A stretch of 64,000 bases of DNA from Octopus sinensis (Eukaryota), in assembly GCF_006345805.1 (NCBI RefSeq), contig NC_043001.1, positions 61,442,001 to 61,506,000 on the forward strand, in the 5' to 3' direction. Positions 50,124-64,000 of the stretch are shown here, in pieces (within the stretch, counting starts at the first letter, position 1; the number at the start of each line of letters is the position of its first letter). The position numbers and the translations under genes are program-made. The notes beneath the pieces were generated by a model that ran no database searches, was not told the DNA's origin, and saw only the letters and a program-made list of their open reading frames with translations.

Positions 50124-50900
50124 ATATTATATATATATTATATATATATATATATATATAAATGTTTATAAGTATATAAGTATATTAAGGATAAAAATGA
50201 TTACAATAATTTATACCCTTAATATACATATATTTAAATATTTTAGTTGTTCAGTCAGGTAATTCACTGCTGATTTAACATGTCCTGGCGTTTTGTTTGA
50301 AGACGCATAAAGATAGAATTCGGTATGCACGTGTGTCCTTTTTAGATATGGTATATATTTGAGTTTTATTATTATGCATCTCCGGCAGTTTCTATTGAAG
50401 TTCCACAGATGATTGTTTAATTATTTATGGTGAAACTTCAAAGTCTTTTTTATATTGTATTGCTCGCTTAAATCCAATGCGCTATGTAAGGGAATGTTTC
50501 TTTCGTGGTTTGAAGATCTGCCATCTTCTTTTAGAACGTAAGGAAACCACTTAGTGGTTTTCCTTTTAGTGTATAATTACCTATGGTTATACACACTTAA
50601 TAATAATAATAACGTATATAAATTGTATACAATTTATATACGTTATTATTATTTTCTTTTTGCAATTTACTTAATCTTTGACATTTTATTATTTTAATGT
50701 TAATATTTCAATTATATTTAATTTTCTAGATGGTGTTATTTAATTGTTCCTTTTGAATTGATAAAAGGTGTTTTTTTCTAATTTATATATATATATATAT
50801 TATATATATATATATATCATATTGTGTAAAATTTGATTTAGTATTTCTAAATTGAATTTTTTTCCTTGTAAGGTTTAGATTTTATTCCCTCAAATATTCA

Positions 50901-50948
<48 letters not shown>

Positions 50949-50970
50949 CCTCAAATATTAATGATATATA

Positions 50971-51021
<51 letters not shown>

Positions 51022-52102
51022 CACATGCATCTACCTCGGAGTTAACTTATCTATTGCAGGCGTCGGAAAATGAGACTCCGTGTATTGTCGGACAGAGTGA
51101 TATTCATCAGGCTGTATACCATTGTATCGAGGCACCTTCAGCAAGGAAAGGCTTACAGATAAGTTAGAGTATATGGAATTGCCACAAATCCTCATCATTC
51201 CCGAAGCGTTAGGAAGAGAAATATAATCTAGTTGACCTTCCTTTGTCAATCCAGATGTTCCAATAAAATAGCCAGAGGCTATCTTTCACAAATTAGTCAA
51301 CATTTCTCAAGACGTCTTAGGTATCATAGAATTTTAATGTCCAATAGTCAAGATTAACAACTCGTATTTTGATATGACGAGCTAAAAGGAATGCTCTCTT
51401 CATGAACTGGCTGTAAATCTTTTTACTAATTTCAGTATAAACAGAAAAATCTTTCTTTATGAGACTAGATATATACAAAATAACGTTTAGTAAATTAATA
51501 TCCCAATGTGATGATTAAAATCTAACACTTAAATATTAAATAGCATGTGGATGACTTAATTTTTCATATATTTATAAAATATGGATGAAATATAATCCGT
51601 GGAAAATATTCCATTTGCCAAGAAAATTTTCAAGTTTTCTATACACATAGATACTTATAAGCACATACACAACGCAATAGATGTGGAGAGGTGTATCGAA
51701 TTTTCTGTGTGCATATGCATGTATGTATGTGTGCGCGTGCGCGAAATAATGCATGGTAAATTGAAATCATAATGTCCGATTTCAAATCGATCAACTAGAT
51801 ATGTGAACGATTTCAATACATCATCTAGTTTTTGCACATTAATAAAATATAATCCATGTAAAGTATGCCTTCCAACAACCAAAACATCCTAAGTCTTTTT
51901 GATTTATATTCATATGGAGAGAGACCTACACGCACTCACATTCACAATTAATTCTACGTAGATGAATGAGTTTGAGTGTGAACAATTATATAGGTATACA
52001 CAAATACACCCCCGCACACACACACATTCATACACACTCATATACACACACACACACACACACTCATACACACTCATACACACACACGCACACACACACA
52101 CA

Positions 52103-52133
<31 letters not shown>

Positions 52134-52139
52134 TATATA

Positions 52140-52206
<67 letters not shown>

Positions 52207-52593
52207 GCATGTATTAGAGAAACAGAAGGAATGTGAGTGACAGGAAGAGTTATACAAACAGAAATCACTTTAAACCGATTTAGAATAAACGGAGATGTCT
52301 CTAGTCGTATGATAATTTTTATATTGATTTACAGATTTTAGATAAAGACATAATTTCAATGAAAGAAATTTAAGCCACTATTATTTCCATTTTTAGTAAG
52401 TAAGGAAAATTATTGCCATTCATGAACTTGTCTTCTTTGGGAAAATAGTGATTCTCTGAAAAGTCACTGAAATTGATTGCCATTATTTGATAAAATATTG
52501 ACAAAAATTCATAAAATATTATTATTCGTTTCTTTAATTTACTCATATGAGCTATATATAAGTAAAGAAGAAACAGTTTTTTAATTATAATAA

Positions 52594-52647
<54 letters not shown>

Positions 52648-52720
52648 TGAAAGAGGGAGAGAGAACTAGAGTGATAGATAGATACATATATATACATACA
52701 TATATAGATATATATATACT

Positions 52721-52777
<57 letters not shown>

Positions 52778-52789
52778 GCATGCATGTTT

Positions 52790-54970
52790 ACATCAGATGA
52801 CCAAATCTTTTATCAGTCGTATGAGATGGAAGGCGTTCCACTTCGAACATCAAACAAATCGTAACAAGAGTAATAAAAAAAGAACGAAACCAGACGCCAA
52901 CTTGAACAGGAATTAAAATCTAGAACACACCACTCGATGCTTTCGAAGAAAATTTGATAGTTATGATACGCAACTTGAAGATTAAGTAAAACCCGCTACG
53001 CAAGAATATTCACCTTAGGAAGCTTCGAGATCTCATCAAGGAACTCAAGAAATGTGATGGAGTACACGTGCAACCGGATAAGCCCAGCAACTTATACAAC
53101 TAAAGTATTGACCATTACAGGGATCATATAAGGAAGGAGTTATTTAAGAGATACAAATCCACACATTCTTCTAACTTGGACAACATCAATCAGGAAGGAC
53201 GCAAAATAGAGGAGTACCTAAATAATCAAGACAGAACGGAGCCTTAGGTACCCAAACAATTTAGAATTACATTAAAAGACCATAAACCAGATATTCTTGT
53301 CAATCTACCGCAGAATTTAAAACATTATAGACAAAATGCTCCCTAATTCTCAGGGCACTTGAACTTTTTGACCTTTGGTCGGACACCACGGACGTCATAC
53401 TCTGGTTTAGAAAGTTACCTCTCAAAACAAACCCTAAGTTTCTACAGATTGACAATAATTCAAATTACGCTGTTAACCATATATTCCTACATAAGTCCCT
53501 GACCTTTGCCATAAATAAAACGTCTTTATCTAAGAGGGATGCAGATATTAACTTAGCGACTAAGAGGAGCTTAATTACATTCGACAACCAACTATGGTTT
53601 CATAAGGATTAGGTAGGGAAGTTTGACATAAGCGTGGATGCTTGTGACTCAGCCCAAGTCACCGTTTTGGTTGGATTGTTTCTATTGCACCAATTAAAGT
53701 CCGTCTTACCAGATATAGGAGGTGGTCTTTATAGATATAATGCTTTATTCACATTCTACAAATATAGTAAAGTAGAACTCGAATCAGCAAGAGGATTTGA
53801 AGCCTTTTCTGTAACTTTCGGCTCTCCGTTACAACAGACAGTATCGATAGGATAGCAAACTTCCTAGATGTAACGTTGAAAATCAAAACGGATTTGTATA
53901 GCTCTTATCACAAGCCTAATGAAAACCTCCAGTATTTTAATAGATGCTCTAACCAACACAGGATGGCAATAAGATCAATCGTAAAATATTCTCCGCCAGA
54001 ATATCGAGGTTATCCGCGAATAGCGACATTTTCTCACACAGCACCCATTACTTCATTGAAGCATTGGCCAGTGTTGGATACATACCAGTGGCGAATGCAC
54101 CCGCTCCCACCCTCGATCACCTCCCATCACCACATAAATAGTTAAATAGGCTAGACTACACACTAGGTAGCACGACTTTACGTCCCCACAGAAATAAATT
54201 AGAACGTCTACACTACACAGACCATAATAAAATCGTAGAGCAACACTCTAAGCGTTGGAGAAAACCCGATGGCAGTAAGCAAAGTGTTGTTAAGATATCT
54301 GGCCCACAGCACAGAATACTAACCAAGCTGGTAAGCAAAATATGGTTTAAGTATAATATGGTTTAACCCTCCTCTTGCATCGAACATTGCTTCAGATATA
54401 CCCGGCATTTTCTTTAGAGCACTAGACAGATACTTTCTCCACATACATGAATACCACAAAATCTTTCATACACGCAATATAAAGTTATCCTACTCCACCA
54501 CACCTAATGTATCGCAAACTATAGATACCCTAAATAACAGAATATTTAACTCCAGGAGAGATTCAGAGCTGACTAAAAATCCAGATACACCTCTTTACCT
54601 CAACCAGGCCCAGCACACGGGGAAGGCTAACGGGCAGCAGCCACACAACGACACGGCAACTCTCACAACGATTCCCGCAAAACTGGGAGCACCAAATAAA
54701 ACCTCGCCTATGCTAGACCCTACTACGTGTCCACTGGACAACCAGTCCCTCAGGGAGATTGTAGTTTATAGGGGTACTGTAGCCACCAATAATAATATCT
54801 TCCACTGCATAGTAGCCACTGCTTCCCATTTTAAATGGAGATATCATAATCATGTCTACTCCTTCAAGATACTTAATAAGCATAAGTCCACATCGAGATA
54901 CTAAAAAGTCGGTATCGCTTTATTAACAAAAGAAACGAAGAGTTGATACGGGGTCCGCATAAAAACCGCA
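52790..54970 (+). mobile_element. Degenerate, near full-length Penelope-like element of a different clade
   Basis: SFISRMRWKAFHF, QPDKPSNLY, ITLKDHKP, DVILWF, LVGLFLL..GGGLYR, NFLDVTL, YHKPN, WFNPP, CPLDN, VVYRGTV, FKWRYHNHVYSF. Confidence 0.8.
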
Positions 54971-55575
54971 GCACCTTCACAAAGCTCAGATAGTCTAGTC
55001 CCCCTCCCCCACCCACATGTAATTTCCCCTCCCAACAGCCCCTTTCTACAGTTTATAGTAGCCACTGTGGAGCGTTCGAACATCTTCCCACGTGAATCAA
55101 CCCTTGAGCCCAGAAAATGTTTTCGTGCCCCTCCTAACCATCCCGCTTTTCCCTTCTTCCCGCTCCGCTAATTTCTTCTATAGATTATATTCCAAAACTT
55201 TTCTTATTGCTATTGATTTTAATGGTGTCTACTTTCCTACCATTCTTTTCTTGGTTTCACCCTCATGAAATATTATATATTTTTATTGTTGTTGCTTTCA
55301 TAGTTTATAGTTTTTCACATTTCACCTGATCCAACATGAGTTTAAAATTTCCTTTTTTGTTCCTCTTCCCATATGTGCTGCATTTTCTAGCTGTATAGGC
55401 GTATGGCAGAGTATATATTTATGTATATGAGTGTGTGTGTACATATATACATATTCGTGTGCATATGCATATATAGATATCTACGTATGGGTGTGAGAGT
55501 ATGAAGGTGTGGGTCTATGTACATACATGTGTATGGGCGTATATCTGTGGGCATGTACATGCCTGTATGTTTACT

Positions 55576-55607
<32 letters not shown>

Positions 55608-55610
<3 letters not shown>

Positions 55611-56033
55611 TCTTTTACTCTTTTACTCTTTTACTTGTTTCAGTCATTTGACTGCGGCCATGCTGAAGCACCGCCTTTAGTCGAGCAAATCGACCCCGTG
55701 ACTTATTCTTTGTAAGCCCAGTACTTATTCTATCGGTCTCTTTTGCCGAACCGCTAATGACGGGGACGTAAACACACCAGCATCGGTTGTCAAGCAATGC
55801 TAGGGGGACAAACACAGACACACAAACACACACACACATGCATATATATATATATATATATACATATATACGACAGGCTTCTTTCAGTTTCCGCCTACCA
55901 AATCCACTCACAAGGCATTGGTCGGCCCGAGGCTATAGTAGAAGACACTTGCCCAAGGTGCCACGCAGTGGAACTGAACCCGGAACCATGTGGTTGGTAA
56001 GCAAGCTACTTACCACACAGCCACTCCTGCGCC
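55608..56033 (-). mobile_element. Full-length SINE with internal microsatellite and (GTAAAAGA)n tail
   Basis: Head GGCGCAGGAGTGGCTGTGTGGTAAG...GGGTTCAGTTCC; 3' end GGCGGTGCTTCAGCATGGCCGCAG. Confidence 0.9.
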
Positions 56034-56036
56034 TAT

Positions 56037-57250
<1,214 letters not shown>

Positions 57251-57270
57251 TATATGTATGTGTGTGTTTT

Positions 57271-57318
<48 letters not shown>

Positions 57319-57351
57319 TGTATGTATGTATATACACATATATATGCATAT

Positions 57352-57485
57352 GATCTGCAAAAGTTCAACCCCTCCTCTACGGGGTGCAGACTGAGCAACG
57401 CGAGCACAGCAAGCCAGCTGTGCTAGCGGCAAACGGGGCTCTGACAGTCATCAAGTCCTCAACGGTGGAACAGGCGGATGAAGTT
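57352..57485 (+). ncRNA. Candidate HDV-like ribozyme at the RTE 5' end
   Basis: P1 GATCTGC/GCAGACT, P2 AAGTTCA/TGAAGTT, P3 ACCCC/GGGGT with loop TCCTCTAC, long P4, J4/2 CGGA; several mismatches. Confidence 0.55.
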
Positions 57486-57916
57486 GCCTTAACAACTTAA
57501 CGGCTGTGAAGGCGGACGAAGGCTGCAGCAGACCATCGACTCCAATCGTCTCGGTTTACCTTGCCATTGGGTCAAGTTGGTGGTCTGTCAAGTTTACGTG
57601 TGCTTTACTGGGCGTGCGACCTCAAGCACACGTTAAAAAATTTCACGCACAGGCGTCTTCGCCACCACTCTTCTTATTCTTTCCAAGTCTTTCGGCGATC
57701 GGCGATGGATGAAGGGAGCAGGCTCGTGAAGGCTGGAGAACCGGCACGGATGCAGTGGTTACATGATTCAGTCGCTCTATCTTTCGGAAGAAGCAGGGAA
57801 GATGTTCGGTAGCAGTATCCCCGACTGAGCAGCCCTGTTTAGGATCCACTCTGCTCACCCTGAATTGGGAAGGGGCTAGAAAAGGTGCCCTAAACATAGT
57901 CTGCTTCACCCCAATC

Positions 57917-60900
57917 ATGTCTGGAAAACCGCGTCCAGAGGGATCACCATCATGCGGTCGAAAATCAAGATCAAGATACGCAATGCTGAAATTCGGGACC
58001 TGGAATGTCAGGACTCTCATAGATAACACCAACTCAGACAGACCCGAAAGGCGAACTGCAATCGTCGCCCGGGAATTCCATTGATTCAATTTTGACATCG
58101 TAGCTCTCAGTGAAACCCGGAGAGCCGGAGAAGGCCGGCTGAGAGAAGAAGGCGGTCAATACACCTTTTTCTGGAAAGGTTACGATCCCGACCATCAACA
58201 GATCCATGGTGTGGGTTTTGCAATACGAAACACCATCCTATCCAAACTGACAGAGCAGCCCATCGCAATGTCCGCTCGACTCATGACCCTCCGAATCCAA
58301 CTTGTCAAAAGTCAGCACGCAACTATCATCAGCACGTATGCTCCCACCCTTGACGCGGAGGATTTAGTCAAGGAAGAGTTTTACAGCCAGCTTGATAGCA
58401 TTCTCTCTACCGTCCCAAAGGACGACAAGATCATTCTCCTGGGAGATTTCAACGCCAGAGTTGGGAGAGATCGTGAACTCTGGACAGGAACCATCGGAAA
58501 GGAAGGAGTGAGAAAAGTCAATGCCAATGGAACTCTGCTACTCACCAAATGTGCTGAACATAACCTGGTGATAACCAACACCCTTTTTCGCCAGAAGAAT
58601 CGATATAAGGTCTCATGGCAGCATCCAAGATCTAAAAAATGGCATCTCATAGACTATATCATCGTGAGATCCCGAGACCAGCAAGATGTGTTGCTCACCA
58701 GAGCCACCACTGGAGCAGATGAGAGCTGGACAGATCATCGCCTCATCGCCTCCACCATGAAAATCAAACTCCGACCAAAAGTGAAATATCACAGCAAGGA
58801 AAGCAGAGTAAAGAAATTCAACATCGAAGCACTGCAAGACCCAAAAACTCGTGTCGCTTTCCAGCAGCGCCTACAGGTCAATCTTCAAAATAAGACTCCA
58901 AATCATCTCGTCGAAGAAAATTGGAACCAGCTGAAAGAAACCATCATCACCGCTTGCGAAGAGAAACCATCGGTCGCAAGAAAAGGAAACACCAGGACTG
59001 GTTCGACGACAATGATGAAGCTCTCAAAGAACTGATCGACCAAAAACGTAAAGCTTTCATCAGCTCACAGAATGATCCAAAGTCTGCCACTAAACGAGAG
59101 TCTTTCAAAAAGTGCAAAGCCGCAGTTCAGAGGACAACCCGTACCCTGAAGAACCAGTGGTGGAGACACAAATCTCGTGAAATCCAGCAGCTAGCAGATG
59201 TAAACGACACCAGAGGGTTCTTCAAAGCCACAAAAGAAGTATACGGACCTTCCACACATGGACAGGCTCCTCTGAAGAGTAAAGACGGAGCGACCATCCT
59301 GAAAAGCAACACCGAAATAGGAGACAGATGGAGAGAACACTTCGATGACCTCCTCAATCACAAGGTTACCATCGACAAAAGCATACTTGACATGATTCCT
59401 AAAGAGGCCAAAGATTACTCTCTCGCTCGAATTCCATCCCTCGAAGAGGTCAAAATTGCTATCACAGCGATGAAGAACAACAAAGCCGCGGGTCCTGACG
59501 GAATCCCAGCTGAGATCTACAAACTGGGAGGTGGTTTTGTCCAACACCAGCTCCACCAACTCTTGGTCAAAATCTGGACAAATGAAGTTGTACCATCCGA
59601 CTTCAGCGATGCTAACATCATTACTATTTGGGTAAGGGCGATCGTTCTGAGTGTGGAAATTACCGGGGTATTTCCTTATTAGCAACTGCTGGGAAGATCT
59701 TGCACGCATCCTGAACAACCGCCTCAAAACGCTGTCAGAGAGGATCCTTCCTGAGACGCAGACTGGCTTTAGGCCATCACGAAGCACAACCGACATGATC
59801 TTCACGCTGCGACAGCTACAAGAAAAATGCCGTGAGCAACACCAACCGCTCAATTTGGCCTTTATCGACCTATCCAAATCCTTTGATCGTGTCTCGCGAG
59901 AGCCCCTCTGGGATATTCTCGCCCAGTATGGATGCCCAGATAAGTTCATCCGGATCCTCAAACTCCTCCATGACAATATGCACGCCAGAGTCCAGACCGA
60001 CGGAGGCAGTTCTGAGCCCTTTAAAGTCACCTCCGGAGTGAAGCAAGGCTGCGTGATAGCGCCAACTCTCTTTACCATCTTTATCGCGACAGTGTTGCAC
60101 ATCACAGAGATGACCTTCCACCTGGCATCGAGATCTCGAACAGAATGGACGGCAAGCTTTTCAACCTCGCTCGCCTCAAAAGTACGTCAAAGACAACGGC
60201 GCGAAGCTTGCTAGAGTTCCAATATGCCGACGACAACAGTGTAGCAGCTTACAGAGAGGATCACCTCCAACAGATTCTAAATGCTTTTCATCATGCATAT
60301 ACTAAACTTGGACTGAGCATCAACATCAAGAAGACTCACTTACTCTACCAACCTCCTCCCAATGCCCGTGTTGACAACCCGCCATCGATTCAACTCGAAG
60401 GAATTCCACTGGAAAATGTGAACCATTTCTGCTACCTTGGGAGCCATCTGTCAGCAAAGGTAGACCTCAGCGATGAAATCCAACACTGTCTAAGGTGTGC
60501 AGGAACAGCTGTCGGCAAGCTTCGAACAAGAGTTTTTGCTGATCGGGACATCCGAACCGAAACCAAACTCATGGTGTACAGGGCAGTCATTATTCCAACC
60601 CTCCTTTACGCATCCGAAACCTGGACCCCGTATAGTCACCACCTGAAAACGCTCGAGAAATTTCACCAACGCTGTCTTCGGAAGATCCTTAACATCAGCT
60701 GGGAAGACAGAAGAACAAACGTCAGCCTGCTACAAGAAGCAAAAATGACCAGCATCGAAGCCTATGTCATCAAAGGCCAACTAAGATGGAGCGGCTACGT
60801 GGTTAGAATGACTGACGAACGACTTCCCAATCAGATCTTCTACTCCCAACTCAAAGACGGCAAGTGTACAAAAGGAGGCCAGAAGAAACGCTACAAGGAC

Positions 60901-61173
60901 TCCCTGAAAACGAACAACAAAAAGTATGACATCGACTTCACTAACTGGGAGGAAACGGCAAAAAACAGACCACTCTGGAAAACCACCATCCATGAGGGAA
61001 CGGCGACTTTCGAGTCGAAAATGTCTGCAGAGCTGGAGGAGAAAAGACGACGACGGAAGGAGCGCCAACAACAACCACGTGCGACTCTCCCTTCCGGCAC
61101 TAGATGTCCGCACTGCGACCGATCTTTTCAAGCAAGAATTGGTCTTATCGGTCACCTACGGACTCACCAGTAA
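57917..61173 (+). pseudogene. RTE ORF (APE endonuclease, RT, C-terminal C2H2 finger) with one stop and about three frameshifts
   Basis: GTWNVRTL, ALSETR, YAPT, LGDFNA, IDYI, TDH; GPDGIP, QTGFR, FIDLSKSFD, GVKQGCVIAP, YADD; CPHCDRSF...HLRTH. Confidence 0.92.
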
Positions 61174-61307
61174 ATTTGCGCGAAGACCATCATCCTCGAC
61201 CTTGAGGGATTGCCATCATCATATGCATATGTGCGTGTGCCTGTGTGTGTACGTGTGCATATATATACATATACATATGTGTGTGTGCGTGTGTGTATTT
61301 ATATATA

Positions 61308-62873
61308 CAGTATCTTATAGAAGTATGTTCACCCCTAAAAATTTGCAGTAAAATTGCCATTACCCTGATAATATCGAAGAACATCAAACGGAATTTATAC
61401 TCAAGAAAATAGATTATACATTCAAACATTATACAAATTTGGAAAACAAAACAATACACTTTTTCAAAGATATGAACGAAATATCAAATTTAAAACTATG
61501 CAAAAATATGTATGCCCTAAAGGATTATTTGCTATATTCAATACTTGTTGCGAGCGCCCTAGTTTTCAATGGCTGCATTAAGTTTTCTGACCTCCATTCA
61601 TCATGAATGATGTTTTTCAACTGTGTTACATTTTTTTCATCCTCAATCTTCCTTTTCCAGATGCTCCACATAGATTCTATTGAGTTTAAATCAGGTGACA
61701 TGGTAGGCCAAGGCAATACCTTTAACTTTTTATTTGATAAAAACTTATTCGTCATCTTTGAAGGGTGTCTAGGGTCATCATTATGTTGGAACATGGAATG
61801 TCTTCCTAGTTCCTTGATGCTTTTCAACATTGTTTTCTGCAATATGTCACAATAAAGCTTTGAATCCATTGTTCTCTCAATAAATGTGAGTCCTCCTATA
61901 CCAGCCGCATTCATGCATCCCCAAAGCATAACTCTTCCGCCATTATGTTTCGCAGTAGGCACGGTGCATTTGTCGCAACTATCCTTACCTGGTCGTCGCC
62001 ATACTCGTTTAATATCGTATGACCCAAATAAGTTGATTTTAGTCTCGTCAGAAAGAAAAAGAATTTTATTTCCAAACTCCTTCACCTAACCAACATAGGT
62101 TTCGGCAAAATAAAAATGACTTGATTTATGCCTGGTAGTGAGGATAGGCTTCCTACAAGAAATGCGTCCATGAAGACCACACTGGTTCAAACTTCGGCTA
62201 ACGAACTGTCTGGACGGATACACACTTTCCATTAACAGAAGACACTTGAGGCAAAGACGAAGCGGTACGACGCCTGTCGTCTATCACGCAACATTGGCTG
62301 TGGCGAATATCATGCGCAGTTAAAACAGAAGGACGATATGGACGATATTATTTATTGCTTAGTCTTCCAGTAGCTTTGTACTTCTGAATTACTGTGGCAA
62401 CTGTGTTTACGCTAATATGTATTCGTTTGCTAATTAACTTGTATCCTAAACCCTTCTTGTGCAAATTAAAACTAATTTTCTTCAAATCTTCAGACAATTC
62501 TTTTCCTTTTGATGCCATTTATCCCAATGAAGATTTTCACTACGGTAAAAAATCAGAATTCCTGCAGATGCAATAACGATGGCTGGTGCTAAAATGCCAT
62601 AAGAAATAATTTATTAGAATTGAATTTGGTAAAACAAAAGTGTGGGATAAAATACTGAATATAGGGTGTACATAGTTTTGTAACGTTTGTAAATTAATAT
62701 TTCATTCATATCTTTGAAAACGTGTATTGTTTTGTGTTCCAGATTTGTGTAATGTTTGCATGCATAATATATATTATTCAGTATAAATTTCGTTATATCT
62801 CCTTCAATATTATGAAAGAAATAGCAATTTTACAGACATTTTTTCGGGGTGTACATACTTCTGTGATATACTG
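61308..62873 (-). mobile_element. Tc1-type transposon with ~210-bp IR/DR-like TIRs and TA TSD
   Basis: TA|CAGTATC... and ...ATACTG|TA; long diverged inverted repeats at 61308-61518 and 62662-62873. Confidence 0.9.
61525..62518 (-). pseudogene. Tc1 (DD34E) transposase pseudogene
   Basis: MASKGKELSEDLKK; LSDETKI, GGRVMLWGC, FQHNDDPRH, WPTMSPDLNSIE; disrupted in the N-terminal half. Confidence 0.88.
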
Positions 62874-63319
62874 TATATATTTCTTTGTATGTATGTGCGT
62901 ATGTGCGCATTTATGTGGATATATACACATTCATATCTCTCTATGTGTCTGTATATGAGCATGCCTTTCTATATGGGTCTGCGTATTTGTAACTATATAC
63001 CATTGGGTGTATGTATGTCTGTGTGTGTATCTGTGTGTGTGTATACGTTTCTGTATATTTGTATACGCTCATATACTTGGATATATGGGTAGGTTTTTGA
63101 GCGTAGGTATAGGTGTGAATGGACAGAGATGTATGTGTATCGCCCGTACCTTCCGGATATTTTCCGTTTAGTTTAACCTTACCTGTAAAATTTTTATGTA
63201 GTTTGGAACTACCCTGTCCAATCTCTAATTAAATTATCACTAATCTGTGTGCCATTATATATCCAGGTATATATGTGCGTGTTGATGTGTACATATGTGT
63301 GTGTATATATATATATATA

Positions 63320-63677
63320 CTGTTGTGTCTGGGAAGAGTCATTCTCTTTTAGTGCCTTATTATTTAACACACTCACCGGTAAAATTTCCACTTATTTTTA
63401 TTTTCTAAAATTTTCGTTGCGTCTTGCAACCATTTCAATAGTCTTGACTCTCAAGAGAAAATATCTTCAAAATGTGACCGCGTGTGCACCGTTGGCGATT
63501 TGTTTTCCTCCGTCTTCCCTTCTTTGGATCTTTCCTTTTCCTATGTTTCTGACGAAGCGCTCCGCTCGAAACGTTAAACCCTCCTTCTCTCCTTCTTTCC
63601 TGAACGTCCAATAATACTATACTTGTTCCACGTCCTCGCGTTGTTGTGTATACTCTTTGTGTTTTTCATGTTTGGAT

Positions 63678-63681
<4 letters not shown>
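63320..63681 (+). mobile_element. Solo PLE pseudo-LTR with hammerhead motif (63545-63579)
   Basis: gttt-CTGACGA-a-gcgc[tcc]gctc-GAAA-CGTT-aaac; T-rich tail ending in (TA)n. Confidence 0.7.
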
Positions 63682-63749
<68 letters not shown>

Positions 63750-63764
63750 ATACATATATATACA

Positions 63765-64000
63765 AAATTAAGAGTGGACACCCTAGAATGGACACCCTAT
63801 ATCCTAAATATAGACGTCAAATCGCCATTACCACGAAGAATGTGTTCTCAAGAAAAAATCTCAGCAAGAACGCCAAAATGTAAAAGTGATCAAGACAAAT
63901 AAAAACATACGAAATAAAAACGATTACCTATGTACCAATTGGTTTCACTTGTTAATATCTACGTATAGAACACACGCAGATATCTCCAACTGTCTGAAAC
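63765..64000 (-). mobile_element. Probable PLE pseudo-LTR cut by the window edge
   Basis: Minus strand has GAAA-CCAATTGG-TA (3' half of an HHR) after a long hairpin; the CUGANGA half would lie beyond 64000. Confidence 0.4.

Larger units (their letters stand above)
57352..61220 (+). mobile_element. Full-length RTE (BovB-like) LINE with 10-bp TSD and (CAT)n tail
   Basis: TSD ATATGCATAT at 57342-57351 and 61221-61230; structured 5' UTR; APE-RT-C2H2 ORF. Confidence 0.93.

Noticed and set aside
50505-50565. TTGAAGA...GAAACCACTTAGTGGTT as another hammerhead
   Set aside because: Stems I and II do not pair convincingly.
51030-51480. Minus-strand stretch vaguely like a metalloprotease domain
   Set aside because: Multiple stops and no HEXXH or other diagnostic motif.
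52790-54970. Selenocysteine-type (Naiad-like) recoding in the third PLE clade
   Set aside because: The copy is too decayed; I saw no TGA at the recognisable Cys positions and no recognisable SECIS.
59191-60105. 304-aa minus-strand ORF
   Set aside because: It is the antisense shadow of the RTE reverse transcriptase.

Overview
AT-rich eukaryotic genomic DNA crowded with microsatellites and transposable elements. The SINE families look like those of octopus or another cephalopod; this is my recognition, not a database result. No host gene could be supported. The window holds several Penelope-like retroelements (PLEs) with hammerhead-ribozyme (HHR) pseudo-LTRs, three R4/Dong-type LINE copies, CR1-type and RTE-type LINEs, non-autonomous Helitrons, tRNA-type SINEs, and Chapaev3-like, Tc1 and mariner DNA transposons. 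The most unusual structure is a ~9.2-kb block (18224-27384). It is bounded by two mirror-image arrays of 162-bp tandem repeats, it splits an R4/Dong copy, and it encloses a nearly intact CR1 LINE plus other cargo. I read it as a foldback-type composite element with a GAG terminus. Other highlights: a ~2.5-kb PLE palindrome; two PLE hammerheads that share a compensatory U3:A8 core; a mini-element with HHR-bearing inverted repeats; and an HDV-like ribozyme candidate that starts exactly at the 5' end of a full-length RTE as defined by its target-site duplication (TSD). All coordinates were read by eye, and the boundaries of decayed elements are approximate.
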